From IMG/VR virus record IMGVR_UViG_3300046791_000443, positions 6,648-70,647 of that record: 64,000 nucleotides of DNA. One strand, written 5' to 3'. Numbering within the stretch: position 1 is the stretch's first letter; each line of letters starts with the position of its first letter. The position numbers and the translations under genes were made by a program. This DNA comes from a virus. Positions 28,266 through 36,279 of the stretch are shown here, piece after piece. Below the pieces are notes generated by a model, which saw only the letters and a list, made by a program, of their open reading frames with translations, searched no databases and was not told the DNA's origin.

Positions 28266-28406
28266 GGTGATTGTGTTGCCTCTCGATTGAAGTCGCACGC
28301 CTTGAAACTGAGAAGGGTGGGAGGCCGATGCGTGCGCACCGACCTCCCTCTCCCGTCTATGGCTGGCCCTAAGACCTACCACCGCCGAGAGCCGCACTGG
28401 CTCCGA

Positions 28407-28814
28407 TTAGGGAGCCAGCTTGATCACGAAGTAGCCGCCCTGCGCCTGGCCCAGCGACTGCGATCCGCCGATGGCGGTCGAGTTGTTGGTCGTGGCGGCG
28501 AGGCCGAGGGCACCGGAGATCGTGTTGGTGCCGCTGGACGAGGTGCTGGCGTTCTCCGCGATGGAGGTGTTGCTGCCCGCGCCCGTGGTGTTCTGGCCAG
28601 CCGACGAGCCGGTCGTGGTGGACGCGCCGTTGGTGGCGCCGCCGGCGATGCCGACCAGGAGCGCGCCGCTGTTCGACTGGCTGCCCGAGATCGTGCCGCC
28701 GCCGGAGACGGCCGAGGTCGTGCCCGCACCGATGGTGAGGCTCTGCGCTGCCGCGATACCGGCGAACGCAACGCTGGCGATACCGGCCAGCAACAGCATC
28801 TTGAGGTTCTTCAT
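28407..28814 (-). CDS. Secreted Gly/Ser/Thr/Ala-rich protein
   Basis: Signal peptide MKNLKMLLLAGIASVAFAGIAAA-Q; nearly uncharged mature region; GGAG Shine-Dalgarno. Confidence 0.75.
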   Translation of the reverse strand: MKNLKMLLLAGIASVAFAGIAAAQSLTIGAGTTSAVSGGGTISGSQSNSGALLVGIAGGATNGASTTTGSSAGQNTTGAGSNTSIAENASTSSSGTNTISGALGLAATTNNSTAIGGSQSLGQAQGGYFVIKLAP

Positions 28815-29000
28815 GAAGTAGCTCCCATTCATAGCCACGGGGACCAGGATCCTGGGCCCCGGCAAGGTGTCGTTATGACCCCAAAGCCGCGGGACGATGA
28901 CAGAGCTCCGGGGAGCTGTAAAGTCACAAAACGATCACAGGAGAGATCAGAACGGTTCCAGACAGCCGTCGCCCCGCTAAGGAGGCACTAGGGCACCGTT

Positions 29001-29261
29001 TCAGGCGCGCCCGGCATAAGGGTGGACGAGCCTGACCGGGCCGGCGGCGGCGCGGCCCTGGTCAGTGATGCTGAACCAGTCGCCGTCCTGAACAATCCAG
29101 CCGAGCTGCACCATGTCGGGCGCGAAGTGGGCAACGTCCTCGGGAAAGCAGATGTAGCCGGTGCCGCCATGCATGCGATCGAGCTCGGAGGCGTGGTTGA
29201 ACATCGCCAGCACCTCCCAGATCGTGGGGTCGGCCGAGCCGACGATCGGCAGCGAGGCCAT
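29001..29261 (-). CDS. Hypothetical protein
   Basis: 86-aa ORF with GGAGG Shine-Dalgarno. Confidence 0.5.
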   Translation of the reverse strand: MASLPIVGSADPTIWEVLAMFNHASELDRMHGGTGYICFPEDVAHFAPDMVQLGWIVQDGDWFSITDQGRAAAGPVRLVHPYAGRA

Positions 29262-29262
29262 G

Positions 29263-29664
29263 CTACGCCCTCCGGTCGGTGCCCTGGGGCCGGGCCTGGT
29301 TGAGGATGGTCAGGAACTGCTCGACGCGCCCCCGCACATCGGCCGCGGCGTGCTCGAGCCGCCCGTGCAGGGCCTCGTAGGTCGCGGCGCGCTCGCGCCA
29401 GTAGGTGACCTCGCCCTCGAGGTTGACGACGCGCACTTTCAGCTCGCTGTCGTCGGTCGCCTCGAGATAGAGCCGGGCGAGCTGCTCGCGCAGGTTGGCG
29501 ATCACCGCATCGCCGGCGTCGCTGGGCGTGTAGCCGCGGCCGATCTCGAGGCTGCCGTCGGCCCTGAACGACAGGATGGTGCCGGTCTCGGTGGAGTGGA
29601 ACGAGATCGCGGTGTCCCTGGGCTGGGCGATCGTGACGTCGCGGGGGATCTCGCCCTGGCTCAC
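29263..29664 (-). CDS. Hypothetical protein with C-terminal coiled coil
   Basis: GTG start overlapping the stop of an upstream 25-aa hydrophobic ORF (29661-29738). Confidence 0.5.
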   Translation of the reverse strand: MSQGEIPRDVTIAQPRDTAISFHSTETGTILSFRADGSLEIGRGYTPSDAGDAVIANLREQLARLYLEATDDSELKVRVVNLEGEVTYWRERAATYEALHGRLEHAAADVRGRVEQFLTILNQARPQGTDRRA

Positions 29665-29737
29665 AGCACGCGCTCCGGCAAGAAGGCCAGAACCAGCGCC
29701 AGCAAGAGCAGAACGAAGAGGATCTGGAGCGCCATCA

Positions 29738-30115
29738 TCAGACATCGACGCCCGCGGTGTGGTCGCGCTGCAGCCAGTGAAAGGCGAACATCGGCCAGAG
29801 CTGGCGGATGCCATCCTCCCAGGCAAAGGTCCGGCCCTTTTCGGGATCGAAGTTCTCGGCGCTCAGCGGCGCGCTCTTGCCGATGATAATGAAACCGGAC
29901 TTCATCACGATGAAACATAGCGTCAGCCTGGTGAGAGGTTCGTGCGCCAGGATCTTCGACCGCTCGGCAATACACCGATCGCCGGTCGTGAACCAGAAGT
30001 GACCGATCTGGCTCTTGATGAAATCGAGCGTGATGCGCCTGGCCGTCGCGCCCTGGTTGCCGAGCTCCTCAGTCGCGTCGAGGGCCTTGCTTGATGGCTC
30101 CGTATTGTCGGTCAC
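29738..30115 (-). CDS. Phage Gp49/66-family protein (Acb4-like nucleotide sponge candidate)
   Basis: RIT...I...I, LT.C..VM.SGF...G.SA.LS.ENFD.E.GR..A.ED...QLW motif string. Confidence 0.75.
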   Translation of the reverse strand: MTDNTEPSSKALDATEELGNQGATARRITLDFIKSQIGHFWFTTGDRCIAERSKILAHEPLTRLTLCFIVMKSGFIIIGKSAPLSAENFDPEKGRTFAWEDGIRQLWPMFAFHWLQRDHTAGVDV

Positions 30116-30305
30116 GTTCCGGTGCTCCTTCCAGGAAGTCGTAGAGTTGCTTGAGACTGGGCGTGTTGTCGAGGATGCGCTGCTCGACGGCGCGCGGCGC
30201 CAGGCTGTCGATCGGCGGCGTCGGCGAGGCGCGCAGCTCGGCCTTCTTCGGCCAGACGCTGAAGACCGGCTTGCGCCGCACGCCGCTCCTGATGTTCCTG
30301 GTCAC
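30069..30305 (-). CDS. Hypothetical basic protein
   Basis: GTG start overlapping the stop of the Tad2-like gene; overlaps the next gene by 47 nt. Confidence 0.4.
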   Translation of the reverse strand: MTRNIRSGVRRKPVFSVWPKKAELRASPTPPIDSLAPRAVEQRILDNTPSLKQLYDFLEGAPERDRQYGAIKQGPRRD

Positions 30306-30529
30306 GCCACCTGCTCCGGCAGGATGTACCAGTCGAGGCCCCACAGATCCTGCTGCGCCGGCGTCCAGGGCACGCGCCAACCGTAGTCGCTGGCGACGAA
30401 GGCATAGGGCTCGGTCATCTTGCTGTGGGCGTCGGGACGCTGCAGCTGGATCCAGCTGTGGCTCGTCCACTCGTAGCGGGCAACGCGCCTGCCCTGGCGC
30501 ATCGCCTCCTGGGCCTGGCCAAAATTCAT
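30302..30529 (-). CDS. tad2: DUF2829 / Thoeris anti-defence Tad2-like protein
   Basis: MNFGQA.EAMRQG.RVAR..W...PY...VPW.P.Q.D....DW, the DUF2829 pattern. Confidence 0.8.
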   Translation of the reverse strand: MNFGQAQEAMRQGRRVARYEWTSHSWIQLQRPDAHSKMTEPYAFVASDYGWRVPWTPAQQDLWGLDWYILPEQVA

Positions 30530-30801
30530 GGGTCGTACCTCTTCAGAAACATCGGCGTGTTGGGGCCCATCCAGGCGCCCAGGGTGTTGAAGCCGAGGAA
30601 CTCCTCGGCGCCGTCGTAGTCCATGCCGTCGCGCTTCATCAGCACCTCGATGCACTTGTCGAGGTCGTAGCAGGCGATCGGCTCCTGGGTGTGCCTCTGC
30701 ACCATGCCGATGAAGGCATCCTCGAAGCCGTCGGCCAGCAGCGCCTCCTCGTTGAAGGCGGATGCCCACTCGCGCAGGGTCTCCAGGTCACGCTTGTCCA
30801 T
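30526..30801 (-). CDS. Conserved phage hypothetical protein
   Basis: LLADGFEDAFIG...ACYD..KCIE.L...GM....A.EF..FN..GAW.G..TP.F; ATGA-coupled to the Tad2-like gene. Confidence 0.7.
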   Translation of the reverse strand: MDKRDLETLREWASAFNEEALLADGFEDAFIGMVQRHTQEPIACYDLDKCIEVLMKRDGMDYDGAEEFLGFNTLGAWMGPNTPMFLKRYDP

Positions 30802-30809
30802 CAGAACAC

Positions 30810-30892
30810 CTACCACCCTTTATGGGGCCCCTACAACACCGTAATGGGGCCCCAGTTTCTCTACCACCCTTTTAGGGGCCCCTGGGGCCCCC
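30810..30892. repeat. Cluster of GGGGCCCC palindromes and direct repeats
   Basis: ctaccacccttt..ggggcccc at 30810 and 30861; four GGGGCCCC octamers within about 70 bp. Confidence 0.7.
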
Positions 30893-30989
30893 GACCTCCT
30901 GTGTCGGTGCAGCTGATCTGAAGCCGTCACCGGGGGCGGCGCGCCGGCCGGCTTTCGGTCGTCTTCGACGACACTACCTGAGCGAGCCC

Positions 30990-31211
30990 TCACTCCGCTG
31001 GTGGCGCCACTACCAATGGCGCCTGCCGGATCTCCTCCACTACCACTAGCGCCCTGGCCACCAGGGCCAGGCCACGGCCCACGACCAGGGCGTGGGTCAG
31101 GCCCAGCGCCTCGACCGGCCGACCGCGGCGATGCAGCTCATCAGCCTGGCGGTGTGCGTCGTCGAGCACCTGCTCATAGCCCGCTAGATCTTGTGCCAGT
31201 GTTGTCGTCAT
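30990..31211 (-). CDS. Small hypothetical protein
   Basis: 73-aa ORF with GAGGAG Shine-Dalgarno. Confidence 0.45.
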   Translation of the reverse strand: MTTTLAQDLAGYEQVLDDAHRQADELHRRGRPVEALGLTHALVVGRGLALVARALVVVEEIRQAPLVVAPPAE

Positions 31212-31233
31212 CCACTAATCTCCTCGATCGCAT

Positions 31234-31261
31234 CGATCGTATAATGTCTATTATGGAAAAT
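31234..31261 (+). other. dif: dif-like XerC/XerD recombination site
   Basis: CGATCGTATAA-TGTCTA-TTATGGAAAAT, 11-6-11 layout comparable to E. coli dif GGTGCGCATAA-TGTATA-TTATGTTAAAT; intergenic AT-rich island. Confidence 0.75.
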
Positions 31262-31319
31262 CTAACCTGATACCAGGTTGAGCTATTACGGTGTCGTAAT
31301 GGCCCAGGGCGAGTGTAGC

Positions 31320-31580
31320 CTATCGCTCGGCCTGGCGCCAGCGCATCAGGCCTCGAGCCAGGTCGCTGGCCACCACACGCGCATCGCGCTTGAGCTCGCG
31401 ATAGCGTTCACCATCGAAGCCCAGCACAGGCATGCGGAAGTCGCTGTTGGCGAAGGCATGGAGCTCGTCGATCGCGGCCTGGAAGCGCGCGAGCACGAGC
31501 GTGTCCTGGGCGTCGTAGGCAGCGCGCAGCACGGGATCGTCGCGCTCGCCGTCACCCGGCCTCGTGATGATCTGCGGCAT
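31320..31580 (-). CDS. Hypothetical protein
   Basis: 86-aa ORF overlapping the end of terS. Confidence 0.5.
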   Translation of the reverse strand: MPQIITRPGDGERDDPVLRAAYDAQDTLVLARFQAAIDELHAFANSDFRMPVLGFDGERYRELKRDARVVASDLARGLMRWRQAER

Positions 31581-32196
31581 CGTCCTCGTCTCCCTTCTCG
31601 TCGTTGTCGATCGCCAGCAGCGCCTGCTTCAGCAGCTGGCGCTGGTGTGGGTTCATATCCCTGGGATTTAGGACCGTGTGAGCATGCAGGTGATTGATCT
31701 GGCCAGTGTGCTCGACACGATCAGGACCGAGCATCTGGATGAGCTTGGCGAGGTCCATCAAGGCTGCTCGCTTGTCGGTCAGCTTGAGCTTGGTGCGCAT
31801 GCCAATGCGCGTGCCAGACGACGTCTTCATCTCCTCGGTGACGATCTCGGTCAGGCTCGCCATCTGATCCCTGGTGACACCGCTGAAATCCACCAGGGCC
31901 TCGTTGTCTTCAGTGAAGGCAATGAAGTCATCGAGGCTGCTGAAGGCCAGCAGTGCCATCTCCCTGATGATCTTCTGCGGATCGACATCATAGCGATCGA
32001 GCCTGGCTGCGATGCGCCTGTCGATCTCGCCTCTGATCCTGGGGTTGGCCAACCACTTCGCACCGACCGAGCTCGCAGTCTTCGGATTTGCGCCCGCGGC
32101 GATCGCCGAGTTGGTCACATGCCGTGTCTTGCAATACTCGAGAATGAACACCTGCTGACGGGCCGTGAACTCTTCGATCGGGAACGTGCGCGCCAT
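31552..32196 (-). CDS. terS: Terminase small subunit
   Basis: T.RQ..FI.EY......T.SAI.AG...KTA...G...L.NP.I N-terminal HTH; E...LAFS; KLKL.DK..AL..L. Confidence 0.9.
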   Translation of the reverse strand: MARTFPIEEFTARQQVFILEYCKTRHVTNSAIAAGANPKTASSVGAKWLANPRIRGEIDRRIAARLDRYDVDPQKIIREMALLAFSSLDDFIAFTEDNEALVDFSGVTRDQMASLTEIVTEEMKTSSGTRIGMRTKLKLTDKRAALMDLAKLIQMLGPDRVEHTGQINHLHAHTVLNPRDMNPHQRQLLKQALLAIDNDEKGDEDDAADHHEAG

Positions 32197-32206
32197 GCAT
32201 CATCTC

Positions 32207-32482
32207 CTAACGCTTCATCCGCAGCGGCCTGTCGATTTGCTCACGAGTGATCCACATACAGCTGTATTCCTGACCAGGAAAGTCACGTTCTGCCTCGATC
32301 AGCGCGAGCTCGCACAGCGTCACGTTCCTGGTCGCCTCACCATACATGAGACAGTCCAGGCGCAACCTGAAGTCACCCCCTCGACACACGAACGGCTGCC
32401 AGGCAACGCCCTGCTCGACACCTGCCGCCTCGATCGGCACGCCCATCACCATCATGATCGTGGCCAGCGTCATCGCCATCAT
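32207..32482 (-). CDS. Hypothetical Cys-containing, possibly exported protein
   Basis: Hydrophobic N-terminus, GAGGAGG Shine-Dalgarno, coupled to the upstream gene. Confidence 0.45.
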   Translation of the reverse strand: MMAMTLATIMMVMGVPIEAAGVEQGVAWQPFVCRGGDFRLRLDCLMYGEATRNVTLCELALIEAERDFPGQEYSCMWITREQIDRPLRMKR

Positions 32483-32745
32483 GACTTGGCCTCCTCGTCG
32501 ATCGGCGCGTTCCAGTACACCCGACAGCGGCCGGCCAGATCCTGGAGCTCGGCCTTGAGCTCGAGCAGCCTGATCACCGCATGCGGGATCGGCGTGTCGC
32601 CAACCAGCCACCTGTGAACCGTCGAGCGATCGACATCACACATCTTCGCCAGGTCGGCATTGAGCAGATCAAGCCGCACCAGCAGATGCGCCAGGTGCTG
32701 GTGGCTGGTGTCGAGCTTCTGGGGGAACGGTATGCCTGTCATCAC
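32479..32745 (-). CDS. XRE/Cro-like helix-turn-helix protein
   Basis: LLNADLAKMCDVDRSTVHRWLVGDTPIP. Confidence 0.75.
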   Translation of the reverse strand: MMTGIPFPQKLDTSHQHLAHLLVRLDLLNADLAKMCDVDRSTVHRWLVGDTPIPHAVIRLLELKAELQDLAGRCRVYWNAPIDEEAKS

Positions 32746-32759
32746 ATCAACCTAATATG

Positions 32760-33015
32760 CCTGGTGCATTTTGCAACATCTCACCGCAGACAACGCCGCG
32801 TGCGCCTGGGGTGCAAAGGTGCAATGGGGTGCGTTGTTTTCTACAGAACCCCTATAAAAGTCAGAGCACCCCACAAGCCAGTAATCTCATCCATCTATAG
32901 GACTTTTAGTAAATATCTTTGCACCTTTGCACCCTACTACTAATAAACTGTTGATATTAAACAAAACCTAGGGTGCAAAGCGGGGTGCATTGGTAGGGTG
33001 CATTGGTGCATTGGT
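32760..33015. other. Candidate replication origin (GGTGCA iterons, inverted repeats, AT-rich core)
   Basis: About nine GGTGCA/TGCACC hexamers; perfect 16-bp inverted repeat 32809-32824 / 32919-32934; AT-rich stretch at 32937-32966; just downstream of the primase. Confidence 0.6.
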
Positions 33016-33019
33016 CGGC

Positions 33020-35380
33020 TCACTCATCAGGCTCCTCCCTGCGCCGCACCAGGTGAAGCCCGGCCCGTTGCTGGGCCGTCAGCGGCGTCCGGTACTGTGG
33101 CACCCACCAGCCGCGCTTGCCCTTGATCGTGGCATAACGCGCCCAGCCCGTGCGCTCGAGCCTGGCGTTGAGATCCTGGCGGCTGACAAATGCGCGCCCC
33201 ATCGGCGTGCCGTAATGCTCGAGCAGCTCCTTGGCCGTGGCGTGCACCCAGCTGTCGTCCGGCTCGGCAGCGCCCTGGCGCCGGTAGTCGAGGTCGCGGA
33301 TGACGTCCTGCACATCGCTGTCGACCTGGTGCTCCTGGCTGACCGCGTTGTGCAGCTCGATCTCCTTGTCGGTCAGCCAGTACTGCTCGCCCTGGTCGGC
33401 CAGGATGGCGACCTGGACCCACAGCTGCTGCAGATCGACGTCGTGCTGCCAGTCGCAGCTCTCCACCGCCAGCGTCCAGAAGCGCCGCTCGCCCGAGGCG
33501 TCGACCAGGAAGCCGGCGGGGTTCACCGTCGCGACGTAGCCCGTGCACCTGGGCCGCTTCTCCTCGCCGCGGCCGTAGGCCGAGCGATAGACGTCGACCG
33601 TGGTGGTGAGGAAATTCTTGAGCGCCGCCGTGTCGCTCTTCCTGAACGAGGCCTCGACCTCACCGAGCTCGACGATCGGCGTCATCGTCGCCCGCCGCAC
33701 CACATCGCGCTCGTTGTTGTTGCCCAGGTGCAGCGTGATGCCGCCCGTCACCCACTGCGGCGGCAGCAGCGCGTGCTGCACCCACTTCGACTTGCCGATG
33801 TCCTGCTTGCCCTGGAGGACGAGACAGTAGCCGACGTCGGTCGGCATCTCGCGGTCCCAGTTGGTCATCGCCACCATCGCCTGGATCAGCCAGCGCCGCA
33901 CCACGATGTCGCGCCACCGCGACAGTGACGGGTCGCGCATCTTCAGGGTGGCCGCCAGGGCGCCGATGCGATCGACGCCGTCCCAGTCCCTGCTGTCGAT
34001 CCAGTCGAGCACCGGATGATAGCGATGCCCATCGGCGTAGGCCGTCATGGCGTGGCGGATGCGATCCTGGGCGTCCATCCCGCACCGCTGGCAGGCGTGC
34101 ACCAGCAGCGCCAGCATGTTCTCGGGCGCCTCCTCGCGATCGTACTCCTCGAGCGTCGCCTCGACCTCGTAGGTCATCACGTTGCGCCTGGCGTGCAGCC
34201 CGATCGCCCGCATCACCGCGTGCACCTTGGCGTCGCTCGTCGACTGCTTGAGCGCGATGTTGCCCTTCGCCGTCAGCGTCACGTTGGGCAGGATCTCCGG
34301 CCCCAGCGCCAGGTCGTCGATGTGGCGCGCCAGCCGCAGCGCCGGGCTGAGCTCGCCCAGGTAGGCGCCGGCCCCAGGTGGTGCCACGAAGCGCACGCTC
34401 TCCTGTCCAGCACGCTGCTCGCGATTTTCACCCGAGCTCCGTTCCAGTATGGCGCCCAGGCGCTGGCCGATCGCCGGGATGTCGATCGCGTCGGTGATGT
34501 CGAGCCGGGCCTCGGGATCCTGCTCGAGGATCCAGGCCTCGAGATCCCTGGTGCGCTTGTCGGCGCAATGGCCGTGCAGGCAGCTGAAGATCCCCGGCAC
34601 CCCAGGATGGTAGTCTGTGCCGTGCTCGGGGTCGGTCGTGTGACCATCCTCCCAGGGACACACGATCGGATACCAGCCGCGGCCACCGCCGCCCTCGCGC
34701 ACCATGCCGTGCTCGAGCAGCCACTCGAACTTGGGATCGACCTGACCCTCGGGCAGCTCGGGCAGCTCGTCCTGCAGCGGCGGCACGCCGGCCGGCAGCA
34801 CATCGAAGCCGACGGCGATGCGCGCCAGGGTGAACAGCCGCTCGTCGTGGTGCTCGAGCACGCGGGCCACGAAGTTGCCGCGCTTGGTGTTGACGCTGCC
34901 AGGCACGCGCAGCAGCCGGTCGGCGCGCTTGGCGCCTTTATCGGTAAATCCGGCCTCGGCCAGGGCCTCGATCAGGGCATGGGCGTCGGCCGGCGCCACC
35001 GGCTCCTCCAGGACATAAAACCACTGCTCGTTGCCTGGGCTGGTCTCTATGCGGGTTGTAGGGGGCAGGGGAATTTTATCGGGGTGGATGCGGCTGTTGG
35101 GCGCCGTGCCGACGTCGTCGAGGCCGATCACCCAGGTGCGCAGCAGATCCGCGGCACCCTTCCTGACCCGCTGCTGGCGGGCGCCCGTGACGCGCACAGT
35201 GGATATGCAGAAGTAGAGCCGGCCAACCGGCTGCGCCTCGCGCCCCTCGCGCCAGCGCCGCGACCTGAAGTCGGGCTTGCCGTCCTCGAAGTCCTTGTCG
35301 CCGCCGATCGCCACCGCCTCGCCCGGATCGTCGGCATTGACACCGGGGAAAATGAACCCCAGAAACTCGTCTACATTCAT
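33020..35380 (-). CDS. Primase-helicase: RepB-like primase N-terminus, Cys/His zinc motif, VapE-like P-loop ATPase
   Basis: LDDVG, IETSPGNEQW.Y.L, RLLRVPGSVNTK, CPW..GHT, CLHGHC, LQGKQDIGKS, VELGE, YRSAYGR, G.RRFW. Confidence 0.88.
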   Translation of the reverse strand: MNVDEFLGFIFPGVNADDPGEAVAIGGDKDFEDGKPDFRSRRWREGREAQPVGRLYFCISTVRVTGARQQRVRKGAADLLRTWVIGLDDVGTAPNSRIHPDKIPLPPTTRIETSPGNEQWFYVLEEPVAPADAHALIEALAEAGFTDKGAKRADRLLRVPGSVNTKRGNFVARVLEHHDERLFTLARIAVGFDVLPAGVPPLQDELPELPEGQVDPKFEWLLEHGMVREGGGGRGWYPIVCPWEDGHTTDPEHGTDYHPGVPGIFSCLHGHCADKRTRDLEAWILEQDPEARLDITDAIDIPAIGQRLGAILERSSGENREQRAGQESVRFVAPPGAGAYLGELSPALRLARHIDDLALGPEILPNVTLTAKGNIALKQSTSDAKVHAVMRAIGLHARRNVMTYEVEATLEEYDREEAPENMLALLVHACQRCGMDAQDRIRHAMTAYADGHRYHPVLDWIDSRDWDGVDRIGALAATLKMRDPSLSRWRDIVVRRWLIQAMVAMTNWDREMPTDVGYCLVLQGKQDIGKSKWVQHALLPPQWVTGGITLHLGNNNERDVVRRATMTPIVELGEVEASFRKSDTAALKNFLTTTVDVYRSAYGRGEEKRPRCTGYVATVNPAGFLVDASGERRFWTLAVESCDWQHDVDLQQLWVQVAILADQGEQYWLTDKEIELHNAVSQEHQVDSDVQDVIRDLDYRRQGAAEPDDSWVHATAKELLEHYGTPMGRAFVSRQDLNARLERTGWARYATIKGKRGWWVPQYRTPLTAQQRAGLHLVRRREEPDE

Positions 35381-35550
35381 TGTTGTCGTCCTTCAAAATG
35401 CACAATGGGTGGGGTCGTAGCGCGTAAGCCCTTCCCGGCAGATGCGTGAAAGCTCAAGCTTCTGTGGCAGGAAGCACTCTCGGAGGCCCCGTCGTTGATC
35501 GCGTCGGGGCCTCTCTCGTCTACGCCCGACTCATCGGCACGCGCAACAGC

Positions 35551-35967
35551 TCAGTCGAAGCCCACCGGCCCGCTCAGTCCACAGTGCCCTGGGCGATCGC
35601 CTGGCGCGAAAACCTTGAACCAGAAATCACGCAGGCCGTCCCAGGTGAACGTCGCATCGACACCAGGCGGCAGGATGGCCGGCACGACACGGCGCAGCGT
35701 GCCGGTGACCGGATCGCGCACCCACACCTTGGGCGAGCTCGCCAGCGGCGAGACGCGCAGCAGCGTGTCGTCGCCATCCCAGCGCCACTGCGAGCACTGG
35801 TGGCCGATGCAGGTGCCGACCTCGACCTGGGGCGAGCCGATCGGCCCCGGCGTGTAGGCGTTGGAGCCGCCCACCGTCTCGACGATCGCCGGCGGCCCAG
35901 GCGCATCGAAGCTCAGCGTCGTGCGCCGATGCGGGCACCACTGCAGCTTGCGGTCGCTCTCCTTCAT
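35551..35967 (-). CDS. Conserved Cys-motif phage protein
   Basis: WCP...CIG..C.QWRW...GHCGL.G. Confidence 0.6.
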   Translation of the reverse strand: MKESDRKLQWCPHRRTTLSFDAPGPPAIVETVGGSNAYTPGPIGSPQVEVGTCIGHQCSQWRWDGDDTLLRVSPLASSPKVWVRDPVTGTLRRVVPAILPPGVDATFTWDGLRDFWFKVFAPGDRPGHCGLSGPVGFD

Positions 35968-36206
35968 GGCAGCAGCGCGCCCTGGACGCCGTCGGTCGCG
36001 AGCTCGGGCGGCTTGTCACCGATCGGCTCGTCGTGCGTGAAGTCGATGACCTTGTGGCCGCCCCGCTTCCACACCTTGGCCTTGTCCTCGTCCATCGTCA
36101 GCTCGGCCATCGTGCCGTCGGCCGTGCAGATCCCCCAGGCGCGCCAGCGCCTGTAGTAGGGCCCGTCCTGGTTGGGTGGTGAGTAGAGTATCGGCTTCTG
36201 TCGCAT
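35964..36206 (-). CDS. Hypothetical protein
   Basis: GGAGG Shine-Dalgarno before MRQKPIL; ATGA-coupled downstream. Confidence 0.55.
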   Translation of the reverse strand: MRQKPILYSPPNQDGPYYRRWRAWGICTADGTMAELTMDEDKAKVWKRGGHKVIDFTHDEPIGDKPPELATDGVQGALLP

Positions 36207-36279
36207 GTGACCTCCGAGGCTCGAGAGAGGCGGCGGCGCGCCCACAGGAGAGCAAGCGCGCCGCCGGTCCAGCCCGCTG

